Assembly: GCF_009834535.1 (NCBI RefSeq)
Contig: NC_045697.1
Coordinates: forward strand, 17,176,001 to 17,240,000
Source of the DNA: Camelus ferus
Lineage: Eukaryota
Direction: 5' to 3'
Length of the DNA stretch: 64,000 bases
A model generated the notes under the pieces. It did not search any database and was not told where the DNA came from. It saw only the letters and a program-made list of their open reading frames with translations. Shown here piece after piece: positions 1 to 11,720 of the stretch. Both the position numbers and the translations under genes were made by a program. Positions within the stretch are counted from its first letter, which is position 1. Every line of letters starts with the position of its first letter.

Positions 1-429
1 CTGAGCTCTCACTCGATGTCAAGAACGGAGCCAGGCCCTGGCATTCAGCAGGGAAGTACGGCCAGCATGGTGGTGTGAAATCGAATGTCCAAAAGTGCTG
101 TGACTCCGTGATGGAAGTTTCTAGAGGGAACCCCCAAGGTGGAAGAGGTCCTACTTGCTTTGGGGACTAAAGTGGGGAAAGAGATGAAAGAATGGAGGTC
201 CCAGAAGGCTTCATAGCAGAGGGGACTTTGAGAGGTCCCATTTTTGCAGGACTTAAGAGGAGACAAGGTACACCAAAAGGGCTATCCCTAAAAATCACGC
301 AGCTGGGCTGGCTCTGTGGCATCCTATAGACAGAGAAGCCGGTTGTTTGGCTGGATTTTTCCCTTCAGAGCTGGCTGCCACACTCCACAGCCCCAGCCCC
401 AGACGAGCATCCATCTTTACCCAAGCACA

Positions 430-870
430 AGAAAAGAATAAATTCCACAGAAAGGCTTTTCAAAGCACCTACCAAGATGAACGTGCACTCTGGCCTGGTT
501 TTTTGTTTGGGAAAATCGTGTGCTAAAAACAGCAGATAAAAAGGAATCTGTGGGCATAATTTATTTAGACTTTTTAAAGGCTGTGGAGACGGTCTCTCTC
601 ATAGGAGGCTATTAAGGCCAGGCAGGCAGGTCGGTAACTACAGGGTGAAAGGTAAAGTTCTGTTGTGATTAAAGGCTTCTTAACTGAGAGGAAACAAAGA
701 GCAGAAATAAATAGCCAGTTCTCCACATGGGAAGCTAAAAATAATGGGGTTGCTCAAAGATTAGTCCCAGGGCCAGTGTTGTGCTATCTATTTTTAATGA
801 TTTGTCAAATGAAGTACAGTAAATAGCAAAATGCAGGTAGCTGGTGACCGGAGAGTGCATGTAGACTGGA
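430..870 (+). mobile_element. CR1/L3-type LINE fossil, ORF2 reverse-transcriptase region (frameshifted)
   Basis: Manual translation across frameshifts gives VGIIYLDFLKAVETVS..HRRLL..VKGKVLL..KGFLTERKQRAEINSQFSTWEAKNNGVAQRLVPGPVL. This matches the CR1 RT pattern VDIIYLDFxKAFDxVSH..KQRVxINGxFSxW..GVPQGSVLGPVL. Confidence 0.85.
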
Positions 871-874
871 GAAG

Positions 875-990
875 GCCTTAGCCTGGCCCAGCCTGGGCAT
901 CTTAGTACATCTCTCTGTGCCTCAATTTCTTTATCTGTGAAATGAGAGGACTACACAAGATATGGCCTAAGGGCTCTTAGACCTGTGAAA
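875..990 (+). mobile_element. MIR (MIR3-like) SINE fragment interrupting the CR1 fossil
   Basis: MIR core ctctctgtgcctcaatttctttatctgtgaaatgag. Confidence 0.7.
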
Positions 991-1059
991 ATAGTTCAAA
1001 CCCCTCAACTTGAAGTTAAGGTAGAACCAGAAGGGAAAAAAGAGAAGTAACAAATTTGA

Positions 1060-1305
1060 GCAATCCATGATCCAAAGTAGCATCAGAAAAGGCAAAGGAA
1101 ATGTTTTCGCCCTGCTGTTTTTGTGTATCTTGACTGGTCCAGAATAAGTGATAACTTCCTCACAGAAGGCTACAAGCATCCCAGCAGACAGTTTCATGAG
1201 AACGCCTCCTCCTAGCCTGGCATCATCAAAAGTGCCAATAAACCATGTGCAGCATCTTTTTAAAAGCATCGAACAATACACAGAAAGTATTATTAGGCTA
1301 TGGCC
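1060..1305 (+). mobile_element. CR1/L3 ORF2 continuation
   Basis: ITSSQKATSIPADSFMRT resembles CR1 VTTQExDLGxIVDSSMKT, and KSANK..KSIEQYTESIIRLW resembles KKANxMLG..KGIENKTExIILPLY. It is collinear with the upstream RT piece. Confidence 0.6.
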
Positions 1306-1809
1306 TAAGCCCAGCTTTATGTGCTATCTTTGTCTCTGTTATTGTCAGAATAGTCTTTACTAAATCAAACACCAAATACTGATTAAACTGAGGATGTGTA
1401 ATCTGGGGAGCCCCTGAATTCCTTCTCTCCAGAAACTGCAATCGGGTTGATGAATTTGCAAACACAAAAGAGATAACTAAGGATCGCTGGCCGTGCCACA
1501 TTAAGAACCCAGCCAATAAAGTGCCAGACAAGGTAGGATCTGAGCATCACCTTCAAGGGTAAATACTATTTCCGTGGATGGAGAGGAACAGGGAGATCAT
1601 TCCAGACTGGGAAAAAAAAAATTAATCCAGAGCAGAGAAGTAAAAAAAGGAGATCAGAAATGAAGTCATTCACTTGAGAAAAGACCTAGTTTGTCCTGAG
1701 ATGAGAGTTACTTCATTGTGAAAACAGAGAAGTGTCAGGAAAGATAAAAAGTACGAATGAAGAAATTAATAAGTGAGGCTTCATGAATATGCCAGATGGA
1801 TACTCTCAG

Positions 1810-1950
1810 TTACCTTGTGCCACAACGCAAGACCAAGGAAATACTCCATGAAATTAAAGAGAAAAAAAATATTAATGGGTTGAGGGAGTGCTTTTAACAT
1901 AACACAATTAGCTTTGGGGATTCACTGCTGTAGATACTCTTTTCCCAAGA
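1810..1950 (+). mobile_element. CR1/L3 ORF2 C-terminal fragment
   Basis: gcaagaccaaggaaatactccatgaaatta resembles RTRGHSMKL, and ggattcactgc resembles the WNSLP motif at the CR1 ORF2 end. Confidence 0.5.
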
Positions 1951-4810
1951 AGCTCAGTGAGCTTTATTTTTAATAGAACTGTATGTTTATACCAGTAACA
2001 GTTCTACCTGCAGTTATGGCTAATGTTATTGATACTCATAACTCAAGGCAGACATCTGGGGTCTAAAAGAAATTTTCCCCTCCCATTAAATTGTTGCAGA
2101 ATGAGTTGAATGCACTCAAAGAAGGATATCTTACTTTTCTCTAAAGTACCTATTTCTATCCACAGGGATATCTCTGATTTCATAGCAATTCTTTTTTTTT
2201 TTTTTTTTGTTACTGTTTCGTGTTTTTTGCCCCAAAAGGTGGCTCATCAAAAAGAGAGACAATTGCGAGTCATTCTGGACCCCGGTGTCTCTCACGTTAT
2301 GTAAGACAAAGCATCCAGAAAACACGACCCTGAGACAACTGGGACGACTAACACTGGATGGTGACAGCACCAGGAGAACGCACCATTTAGGGCAACACCA
2401 GAGCGGGCTTCTTTTCATTTATTTGGTAAAACTTCGATTTCTAAATAACGGATTTCCTTAGAAAACGTTTATTTGCTGCGAACGACTACCACAACCTCTC
2501 TTCAACTTTCTTGAGGCGTTTTGTTTCCGGCAGGTTTACGCAATGTTTTCTGAAATCATCCTCTATCTCTGACATCGTAAAAATGAAGGAAGAAAATGCT
2601 GCGTCTTTTTTTCACTCCAGAAGAAATAATAGAGCTTTCACAACAAATAAATACAACACCATTACTAATATGCCTCACAGATTCTATTCTCCTAGACTTA
2701 CTTTTCCTTAGTCAGGTCCAGCAGAAAGCAGACAACCTTCACATCCATTATTAGTCATGATATATACACTCCTCTTTCTCTCTTTCTTTTCACCATATAG
2801 CAATGCATTTAGAAGGACCGTCACTCTTTTTGACACTTCTGATACATATTTTAGCATTAGGAGCTTGAAAATATTTTGCCAGGTAATGAACATCCTTTGA
2901 AGGCAATGGGCACTCTTATATAAAAACAGAGTGATGGGTTTTGATGCTTAAGCCGGTAAACAGGTGTCTCCCTTGCAAAAAGCTCAGAGAAGCTACTGGG
3001 AATACATGTAAAGGCTTTCCATAAGCGTGCTTCTCCGCATGTCCTGGAGGGATCATCCAGATTTACGGATGGCAGCCAAGAGAAACACACATAGACAACT
3101 ACAGAAGCTAGGTAATAAACTTCGGGATACCTGTTTGTTATTTTGACAAAAACTGTGCTTGTGCAAACAGTATCAGTGGCCAGAAAATGACTCCCAGTCA
3201 GCCAGCCCTGGTAGTCCTCTAAAATTACAGCGCTTTTCCAGCAGTCCCCAGAAATCAGCCTCACAAGGCCACCAAGATATCCAGGCCCCCGTTTTCTCTC
3301 CCCTCGTCCCAGCTGTACTGACAAAGAGTTGCCAAATGTAGGGCCTGACTCCTCTTTGTGCAAGCCTGAATTATCTAAGCAAGCTCCAAAGGAGAGGAAA
3401 TTCACTTCTCTGCTAAGTCATCATGTAAAGCTTCCAAAATAGAGGTGCCCTTCGAATTAAATTTGCTGGTGTCGATTCCCTCATCCTAAACGATACCGTG
3501 TAAGAAGGATCAAGTGATTACAATGAAGCAAAAAGAAACAGAGGTCACCCAACACCTGGCTTTTAACAGCTAGGTAGATTCCAGGCCTCAGAATGCCTGG
3601 GAAAATAAAATACATGTGACGCAACCATCCAACCCAAAGGCCTTCGAACTTCTGTCCCATTAAAAGGCACAATCCTATAATGATGAAGCTGGCAGCCCCT
3701 CAACAGTTTGACTCATTTCCCTGCTAAATATAACTGAAGACAGGTTTTCCACTAGTCGGTATTGTATTATTTTCTCCCAAGTGGGAATCAGAAACTAATC
3801 TCAGTAGATAAAGAAATGAAGGCAAAAAGGACAACACAAGGCTATCTCTGACTTTTATTTATTCACAGCCATCTCCTGCCGTAACCACTATTCCAGAACC
3901 CAGAGAGGCACCAATAGAGATGTTCATGGATGGATAGGGAAATATTTGTCAGAAGCTTGTACAATGCAAAAATCACCCTCTATCTGCTATATGCAACTTG
4001 ACTGAAATGATTTAGTCGTAATGTATGATGATGGACATTGTTCTATATTGTTTAGCTCTGCAAAGGCCACTGCCAAAGAGACCAGCATTTCAACTGACTG
4101 CTATTTCTCTCCCATTCAAATGAAAAGAGACTTAAGAACAGACAACACTCAGCAGGATGCCTATTAGAATTCTTTGTAAGGACGACGCTTGCAAGGAGCA
4201 ACTCTGGACTTGTCCGTAAAAGAAAGAGCAATGAAGTGCTCAAATCAAAAATCTCCCTGGCTGCATGGGATTGTTTTTCCTTCTAAAATAGATCGTGGAT
4301 TAATAGAGAACACTGACCTAATAGAAGCATCAACCATTTTTAGAACATAGCTGCCCCAAGAAACCTTGCAAGGAATTATTCCAACTACAATGCTGGAGAA
4401 TTCGTTACCCACAGGGTTAAAATCAGCTCAAATCCATTTGCTCTCATGCAGAATTTCCTGATTACAGCCTCTGCTTATTTTGTCCACATATTACATCTGA
4501 AAATGGTTCTTTAAATTGGTGACTTTCAAGCTAGCTTCACTGGTGATCGGGGTATAAAATTATTTTCTCCCTTCAGATGAAGTGTATTTGAAAAAAAAAT
4601 ATTTGGTGAGAAATGCATTTTGAAAACGAAGCTTGAATTGTCGCTTCACTACAATGGAGAAGCAGAAAATAATCACACTGTAGCTTTCCTCTTGACAACC
4701 CTGATGGCTCATCTGGTAACACTTCAGACACTTTATTCCCAGCTGACTTGTTCTTATATGTCATTTTTAACTTCAATTTTTTTGGAGGGAGAAAAGGATC
4801 TCTTGAATGC

Positions 4811-4812
4811 AT

Positions 4813-4860
<48 letters not shown>
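4811..4860. repeat. (TG)n microsatellite
   Basis: About 21 perfect TG units, directly visible. Confidence 0.98.
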
Positions 4861-4865
<5 letters not shown>

Positions 4866-4900
4866 AGGGTAATATTAAACTGGTGTGTACCTCCTTCAGA

Positions 4901-5118
4901 GAGCAGTGTACTGGAGCTGCCTTATGTTGGCTTTTGCAAGAGCTGATTGTTAAATTTGCAGGAATTTTGCAAGCCCGTTGACATCATATTGGTGGCTTGA
5001 AACTGACTGCGGTGGGAGTATTTATAACATAGAAATTGACATGCACTATGAGTCAGGGCTTAGTTTTGGAGCCTTTTTGGGGAGAGTCACTTGTTAAACA
5101 TGTACCAGCCCACCTCTG
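4901..5118 (+). mobile_element. hAT-Blackjack MITE, MER63A-like
   Basis: gtgtactggagctg..gagctgattgttaaatttgcaggaattttgcaagcc..ggtgggagtattta..ttgttaaacatgtaccagcccacctctg follows the recalled MER63A consensus. Confidence 0.75.
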
Positions 5119-6734
5119 ACCACCGCTGTACCAGCTGTGTACACAGACATCCATCCTGGTTGGTTGCAGCATCCACTTTGACTGGTCATACGCAACATGT
5201 TCAATATCCCCCCTCACATATGTGTAACCAAATACTATAGTTGCAATTTCTACTTTTTCCTTTGGATGTAATCATTGAAAAGTAACAAATACTATGACAG
5301 CTTCCATTATCAGAAATATATCAATATGTGTTTATATATATGCATATACACATACACACACACAGAGTATGAGGTTGGATGTCAGGTACTCTGCTGGATA
5401 GATCCTGGACAGCTCAACTACTGGTAGATCCCAAACAGATCATTTGGGAAGGAAGAAACCATGCTGGGCCTTAGAGAAAAACAAAATGAGTCAATTCTCA
5501 CTGCTGCCTTTGGCCAGCCCAACCCCTGAAGTCATGCAGCCTGGGGGAGATCTTCTAGAGAAGGGGCTGTGGGAGGCGGCCACTCATCTGCTCAAGCACA
5601 TCAAAAGATAAATGATGGGAGGTTACTGACAGCACTGAAGGCTGCCCCCCTCCCCACAAGATGGAAATTAGCAGGCCCCCAAATCAGAGCATTAAAACAA
5701 AGATCTGCCAACGTGTGACTTTAGTAAACAGAGTAATTTGGGCTTTGGAGAGCATGAAAATTCTGTCAGGATTATAATGTCTTCTACCACAGACCTTAAT
5801 TTCTTCTGTCATGGAGAATATGATTAGGTTCAGTCCCATTTGATTGCAGGGAATGTCAGTTCCCATTAACAAAAGAAAGAAGGCACGAGAGGAAATATGT
5901 TCCACATTTTTAACCCCTTTGGACCAGGAGGAATTTTTTCAGTCCAAACTTCACATTTGCAATATTTAAAGCTTTTAAATCCTATCTAACATAGTTATAG
6001 TAATTTACCCACTGAAATAACTTCCTTTCCCAAGGGAGGCTATCTTTGCTTCAATGTTGGCACCAAAAAAAGTGAACATCATGTGTATGAGTTTTGTTTT
6101 GTTTTATTTTGTAATTTAAGGGTTTTTCCCCCATACCGCCCATCCCAATCTATGAGAAATCCTGCCCCTTGCACAAATGGACCTTGTTTTAAATGATCTG
6201 ATTCTTTGAGGGCAGTGAGGAAAAGCAATGTCCATTTGGCTACATGCATTGCTTGGACATTTGGTCCATGAAATGGTTAGCACAGGTGGTTTTCACAGGC
6301 GCGGAGAAATTACAGTCCCAGACCCAAACCTGTATCTGTAAACACCACCGCCTCGGCTGGACCACTTCAATTCCACTGGACCCTCAGCAGTTCAAACAGG
6401 GCACCTGGGTCAGCCTACGAGCTTAGCAGGCACCGCTGACCCTGGCTGCCCAGCAAACAGTTTATGTTGGGGAGCAATCTAGAGATTTCCTAAGATAAGG
6501 ATGCTATTACAGGCTGACAAATGTGTAAAGGAGCAGAGTGGGCAGCTTTTGTCCAGACTGACCCAGGGTGAGCATGCTGGGATTATTGCTGATTGGGGAT
6601 AAATGGCAACCGGTGATTTATTTGTTCAAGTGAAACCAGCCAAGTTCATCCCTCAACACCATCTCCCATCTCTTTAAGATTTTTTTTTTTCCCCTTCTTC
6701 TTCAGGCAAAAAGACTTTGCAATTCTGGGAACTC

Positions 6735-7222
6735 TTCAAATACCATCATTCCAGTGAACCCCATTACCCTTAGGATAAAATCTGCAGTCCTTAACTAGCC
6801 TTTGACGCCCTGCCCGATGGGGTCCAACCGGCCAGGCCAGCTCCAGCTCCTGCCACTGGCCCCGCAACCCACTGTGTCACCACAAGGGCCACCACTCAGG
6901 TTTCTGAGTTCCCCAAGCTCCATTCCACTTTCAGCCTTTGCTTGCCCTGGGTCCTCCTCCCGGGGCTCTTTACCTAGCAACTCCTCCTTACTCTTCCTGT
7001 TTCAGGTTGAATGTCATCAGCAGAGGCTTGGCTAGGTGCCTCATTATGATCTCCTGGGGCCCTCAGCACAATCACAAATAATTAATTATTGGTGAGTATT
7101 TATTTAAAATTTTGCTCCCCCATGGGCAAAGACTGGGTCCTCTTCACCTAGTACTCAGTGCAACACGGAACATTTGAAAGCTCGCCAAGATCAAATGAAT
7201 GAATGAATGAATGAATGAATGA
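6735..7222 (+). mobile_element. L2 LINE 3' end with (TGAA)n tail
   Basis: cccattacccttaggataaaatc..tcctt is L2-like, and the element ends in about 7 TGAA units at 7196-7223. Confidence 0.75.
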
Positions 7223-7533
7223 AGTAGATGCACAAGAGACATTCATCACCTATGAGAGCAACTAACTTAAGAAAAAAATTCAAAATTTTAAAAAAGCTTC
7301 ATTGCAAGTGTGCAGAAACGAAGGAGTGAGTTTTCCCTCCTACTCCCCTCTCCCACCATCCCCAAACAAGGATTTCAGATGACCCTGCCATTCCATCAGG
7401 GTTGTCCTACTCATCTCCTGCTGGCTTTCAAGGCCCTCCCTTATCACCATCACCATGAGAGTTAACATGACTGAATGTGTTCTGTGTTCCCTGCACATTG
7501 CTACATGCTCTCTGCTAACCATCCATCAAATAG

Positions 7534-8069
7534 TGTGGCAGAATAAAAATGGCCACAGATGGCTACAAATTCTTTGACATTTCTCCCCTTGAGACGTGGG
7601 CTCTTTGTCCCCTTATATGTGAGCTGGTATGTGATTGTTCTGACCAACAGAGTGCACCAGGAATGACACCATGCATATTTCCATTTTCTGTTTCGGAACA
7701 CGTGTTCTGGGGGAAGTTAGCTGAGCTCCCTGAGAATTGTCATGCAAGAAGGAAACCCAAGCTGGTCATAGGAAGAGGTCCCAGGGTGGGGTGGGGGAGG
7801 GGAAACGCCCAGCCAGCCATCTGCTGCTGCACCCACCCCAGCCCAGGTGCCAGACATGCAAATGAAGACGCCACCTTGCCTACTCAGTTCAGCAGAGCCT
7901 TCACTTGACTCCTGCCCCAGCCTGTGTCTAACTAACTGCATGACGATCCCCACGCCAGACCACTCAGCAGATCCCAGCGAACCCACAAAACTGTGAGAGG
8001 GAACAATAAATTGACATTTTAAGCCACCAAGTTTAGGGGAAGATTGCTATGCAGTAGAGAACAAGAACA
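7534..8069 (+). mobile_element. MaLR solo LTR (MLT1G/H-like)
   Basis: TG...CA termini, 5-bp TSD aatag/catag, and the typical end ttttaagccaccaagtttagggg..tgctatgcag. Confidence 0.85.
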
Positions 8070-8559
8070 CATAGACACTATTATGACGCTTACTTTACAA
8101 ACGAGGAGACCAACACACATAAAGCCCCCAACTGCACAGTGGAGCTGGCAGTTCACGCCAAGCAACCTGGCTTCAGATCACAGGTGCTCATCTTCCATGA
8201 GGCCACCTCACTCCACGGCAGGCCACCTTCTCCACTTGACTCCTGGTACAGTCTCTCCAGTTGATGTCCCCTCTAGAAGGGTCCCCTTCTCTTTTCTCCT
8301 GTCCACTGGTCCTTCTGTCATGATCCCCTCTCTGAACCCTCCACCGATGTTCACTTTCTCCAAATTCCTTAGTGCATCTTAAATGTACATTTAAAGACAG
8401 CCATGTAGCCTCATCTTTGATTGCTCTGATATAACTGCTCATGCTGTGTACTCTTCTTGAAGGTAGAGACCAAATCTTTTATTTTGTTTTTGCCCACTTC
8501 TCAATAGAACCTCACCCAGCCTCACACTGCCCAGCACAATGTCCATTCAGTAGGACACT

Positions 8560-8938
8560 CTTCAGCCACGCTGCCCAAGCCTGTTCCCTTCTTGGAGCCT
8601 CTACGTTTACGGTGCTCTTCCCTGCAATGTCCGTTCTTAGTTTTCAGACTGAGTGGCCCCTTCACAGCATCCGCATCTCAGCTCCTATCTCCCCTCCTCT
8701 AAGAGGCCTCCCCTGACACCCCGACCCTAACAAGCCACTCTTCCCCATGCCTAGACAGTCACATGCCATCTCCTAGCCCTGCAGTGCATAATTTACTTAT
8801 TCCTTTTCTTATCTGGAAAACAAGCTCCATAAGGACCATGAACTTGCCCATCTTGCTCACTGCTGTAGTCCCAACCCCAGGACAGTTTCTAGCCTGTAGC
8901 AGCGTCTCAAAGATACTTGCCTGAATAAATGAATGAAT
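8560..8938 (+). mobile_element. L2 LINE 3' end
   Basis: ctcctctaagaggcctcccctgacacc..cttgctcactgctgtagtcccaacccc..gaataaatgaatgaat. Confidence 0.75.
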
Positions 8939-9553
8939 ACTTGTTTCTTGAATCTTCATGTCTCAGGAAGTTCCACCACGAAGCAGGCTTCCTAATGTAT
9001 ATACAGTACTTTCCCCCAACATGTCAGTTACATCTCTACTATAATGTACATCTTTCCAAACCACCACTGACTACCTCATATGACTGAGGCTCTCTGTGGA
9101 TCAGTGGCTCTAAAGCTGGTCCTCAGAGGTGCCTCTAGGATGATCCCAAGGAGAGAAGGAGGCTGAGCAGGTCTACTTCACAGGACTTCCTGCATTAATA
9201 AAGGCCACATACGTGGAGATGATGAAATGACAATATTAATCCAATGGAGGCTGGCTGTGCTTATGACTGTAAACACAGATTCAACCCAGTATCTGACGCA
9301 GAGCAAACTCTCAATAAACATTTGTTGAATGAATGAATGAATGAATGAAAAGTCTTTGCCTTGTGTTTTATCACTTACCACTTATTTCAATATGCACAAG
9401 AACCCAGAGTGCACCTCTTATTGTGTGTGTGTATGAAACTTAACAAAGAACAGTAGCTAAAGAGTTATAAAATCATTTACACTAATCGGTACAAGGCAAA
9501 ACTGGAATATAAACGAACATCTATGCTCCCCAAAATACATAATGTACAAGTGG

Positions 9554-9777
9554 TGAAATCTATAGAGGAAGGGCCATAGCCTAGGGGGTTAATGAAATCT
9601 ATAGAGGAAGGGCCATAGCCTGGGGGGTTAATGAAATCTGTAGAGGAAGGGCCATAGCCTGGGGGGTTAATGAAATCTACAGAGGAAGGGCCATAGCCTG
9701 GGGGGTTAATGAAATCTATAGAGGAAGGGCCATAGCCTGGGGGGTTAATGAAATCTATAGGGGAAGGGCCATAGCCT
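9554..9777. repeat. 39-bp minisatellite, about 5.7 copies
   Basis: Unit tgaaatctatagaggaagggccatagcctggggggttaa starts at 9554, 9593, 9632, 9671, 9710 and 9749 (partial), with at most one substitution per unit. Confidence 0.98.
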
Positions 9778-9814
9778 CTGTTAATTAATTTTCTCAAGTG
9801 TAAAGTTCAGAAAT

Positions 9815-9955
9815 TAGCCTGGTGTCACTGAGCCTCAGTTTCCTCATCTGTGCACTAAAGACAATCTCTTGCCTTTCTACCATCTGAAATAATCATAATG
9901 AGTCTAAAATAAAATAATGGTAAGAAAATACTTTCAGAGTTAAAAATATGATAGG
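9815..9955 (+). mobile_element. MIR fragment
   Basis: ctgagcctcagtttcctcatctgt core. Confidence 0.65.
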
Positions 9956-10370
9956 GATATGAACCAATGACATTTTCTATCTTCCCATCTTTCTGACATT
10001 TCAAAAACTCCAAATACGTTTGAAACATTAAAAATCAATGTAATGTATTATTTACCATCTCTAAGTTTCATGATCCATTCACAAATCACTATTCCACGTT
10101 TGTTCCAAATATTCAGTCTGTAAAATTTTTCCTAATCCTTTTATAATTCTTTACAAATATTTTGATTCCATTCTCCCCATTTTTCTGCCAAGGATCCTGT
10201 GATATAAAGAGCTTCTCAATCTTACCAGAGGCAGAGGATAAGGGAGAGCAGCAAAGCAAAAATCAAAACTCTTGAGCACCTGGTCTGCAGACTGCACTGT
10301 AGAGTCAAAAGCCGCTGGGCCTATGAAATAGTTACCAGGAGAGAAGTCAGTGCAAAAGAAACTATTGGCC

Positions 10371-10545
10371 TAGTGGTTCTCAATGAGGGGGAGGAAGAGG
10401 GCAGAATCAGAATCACCTGGAGGAGTTGTTAAAGCACAGATTGCTGCATTTCACCCCAGAGTCTCTGATTCAGGAGGTCTGGGATGCATTGGTAGGATTT
10501 TGCACCACTATCAAGTTCCCTCGTGATGCTGCTGCTGCTGGTATA
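10371..10545 (+). mobile_element. hAT-Charlie MITE, MER5A-like
   Basis: agtggttctcaa..atcagaatcacctggagg..ttgttaaagcacagattgctg..ccccagagtctctgattcag..aagttccc..gtgatgctg. Confidence 0.85.
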
Positions 10546-11519
10546 AAGTAAGCGTGATTATGCCCATTTTTTGTATTAGGACACTGAGGCCCCAAGTATA
10601 AGCTTGGCTCTCATTCCAGCTTGTTGATGAACCAAATCAGCGTAGCCTTCAGAAGGTCAAATAACCTCTCTGTGGCCCATTTTCTTCAATTACTGAAAAA
10701 AACACTACCAGAGACCTTGTGAGGATTAAAAGACATGATGCCCAAGAAATGTTTATCACAGTCAAAAGCAGGTGCATTCCTGATAATGCCTCTATCCCAG
10801 GACTCGACAGCCTGGAGAACAACTAAGGTAGAATTCCAGGAATCTCAGCAAATGCTCTGATTTTTGTCCTTTTTCTATTTGCATGGGAAATTTTTAAACA
10901 TAAGCTTAGCAAAGCACTCCACCATCCAAGCATTACCATCCACAAGGTTTGGGTTTTTTTTTTTTTTTTTAATTACTGAGTTTGTTTTTCCAAGACATTT
11001 CCTTATGTACTATAATGGGTATTGGGGTGGGGGTGTGTAGGGGGGTGGGTTATTAACAAATCAAACACTTCCCTTCCTGGGACACTCATTAACTGAACGA
11101 CAGCAATCCCCATGTCGTGATACACAGTCATGTTGAAGAACAGGGCGACCATATCCCCCTTTGGGGTAAGGTTTTTTGATTTGGCTTTCAGAGGATTCAA
11201 GGTATTTGACTTCTATATTTAGAAACCCAGGGCTTTTTGGTATGCTACAAATCACGCCAAGGCAAGACTAATTGTAAGCACTTGTACTTAAAAATTAGTT
11301 TCAAGAATAAGAACCTTCAGAGGTTTCCATATTGTATTCCACAAGAGTATCATTAAAGGAAGCAATTACTTATCAGGATATACTCCAAACAACTTTATTG
11401 CGTTCGGAGGAAATAATGGGAGTTGTCTGTCTAAATTACTAGGCAGGGGCCCTGGAAATCACTTAGCATAATTCCTGGCATAAGGAAAGCCATCAATAAA
11501 CGGAAGAGGGAGTCACATA

Positions 11520-11720
11520 AATGACCGCCTAGTGTCAGGTGTTGGCGCATATTATGTCATTTAATCTCCATAATAACCCTGGAATTAGGTGTGATTATCC
11601 TCATTCATAGATGAGGAAACTGAGACTCCTAGAAGTCAAGTGATTTTACCAGGTCCTTAGGTAAGTGGCTGAGCTAAGAAGAGTCCAGCCTACAGGTACG
11701 TGATGCCAAAAGCAATTTTC
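11520..11720 (-). mobile_element. MIR SINE
   Basis: tcatttaatctccataataaccct..atagatgaggaaactgagact (antisense core). Confidence 0.75.

Noticed and set aside
2857..3405. 182-aa minus-strand ORF
   Set aside because: Non-ATG start, no recognisable domain and no convincing splice boundaries.
4573..4981. ORFs with HT or CV repeats
   Set aside because: Translations of the (TG)n microsatellite.
9477..9797. 106-aa ORF with (INPPGYGPSSIDF)n repeats, or a CRISPR-like array
   Set aside because: It is the translation of a 39-bp head-to-tail minisatellite. It has a non-ATG start, no splice context, no unique spacers and no cas genes.
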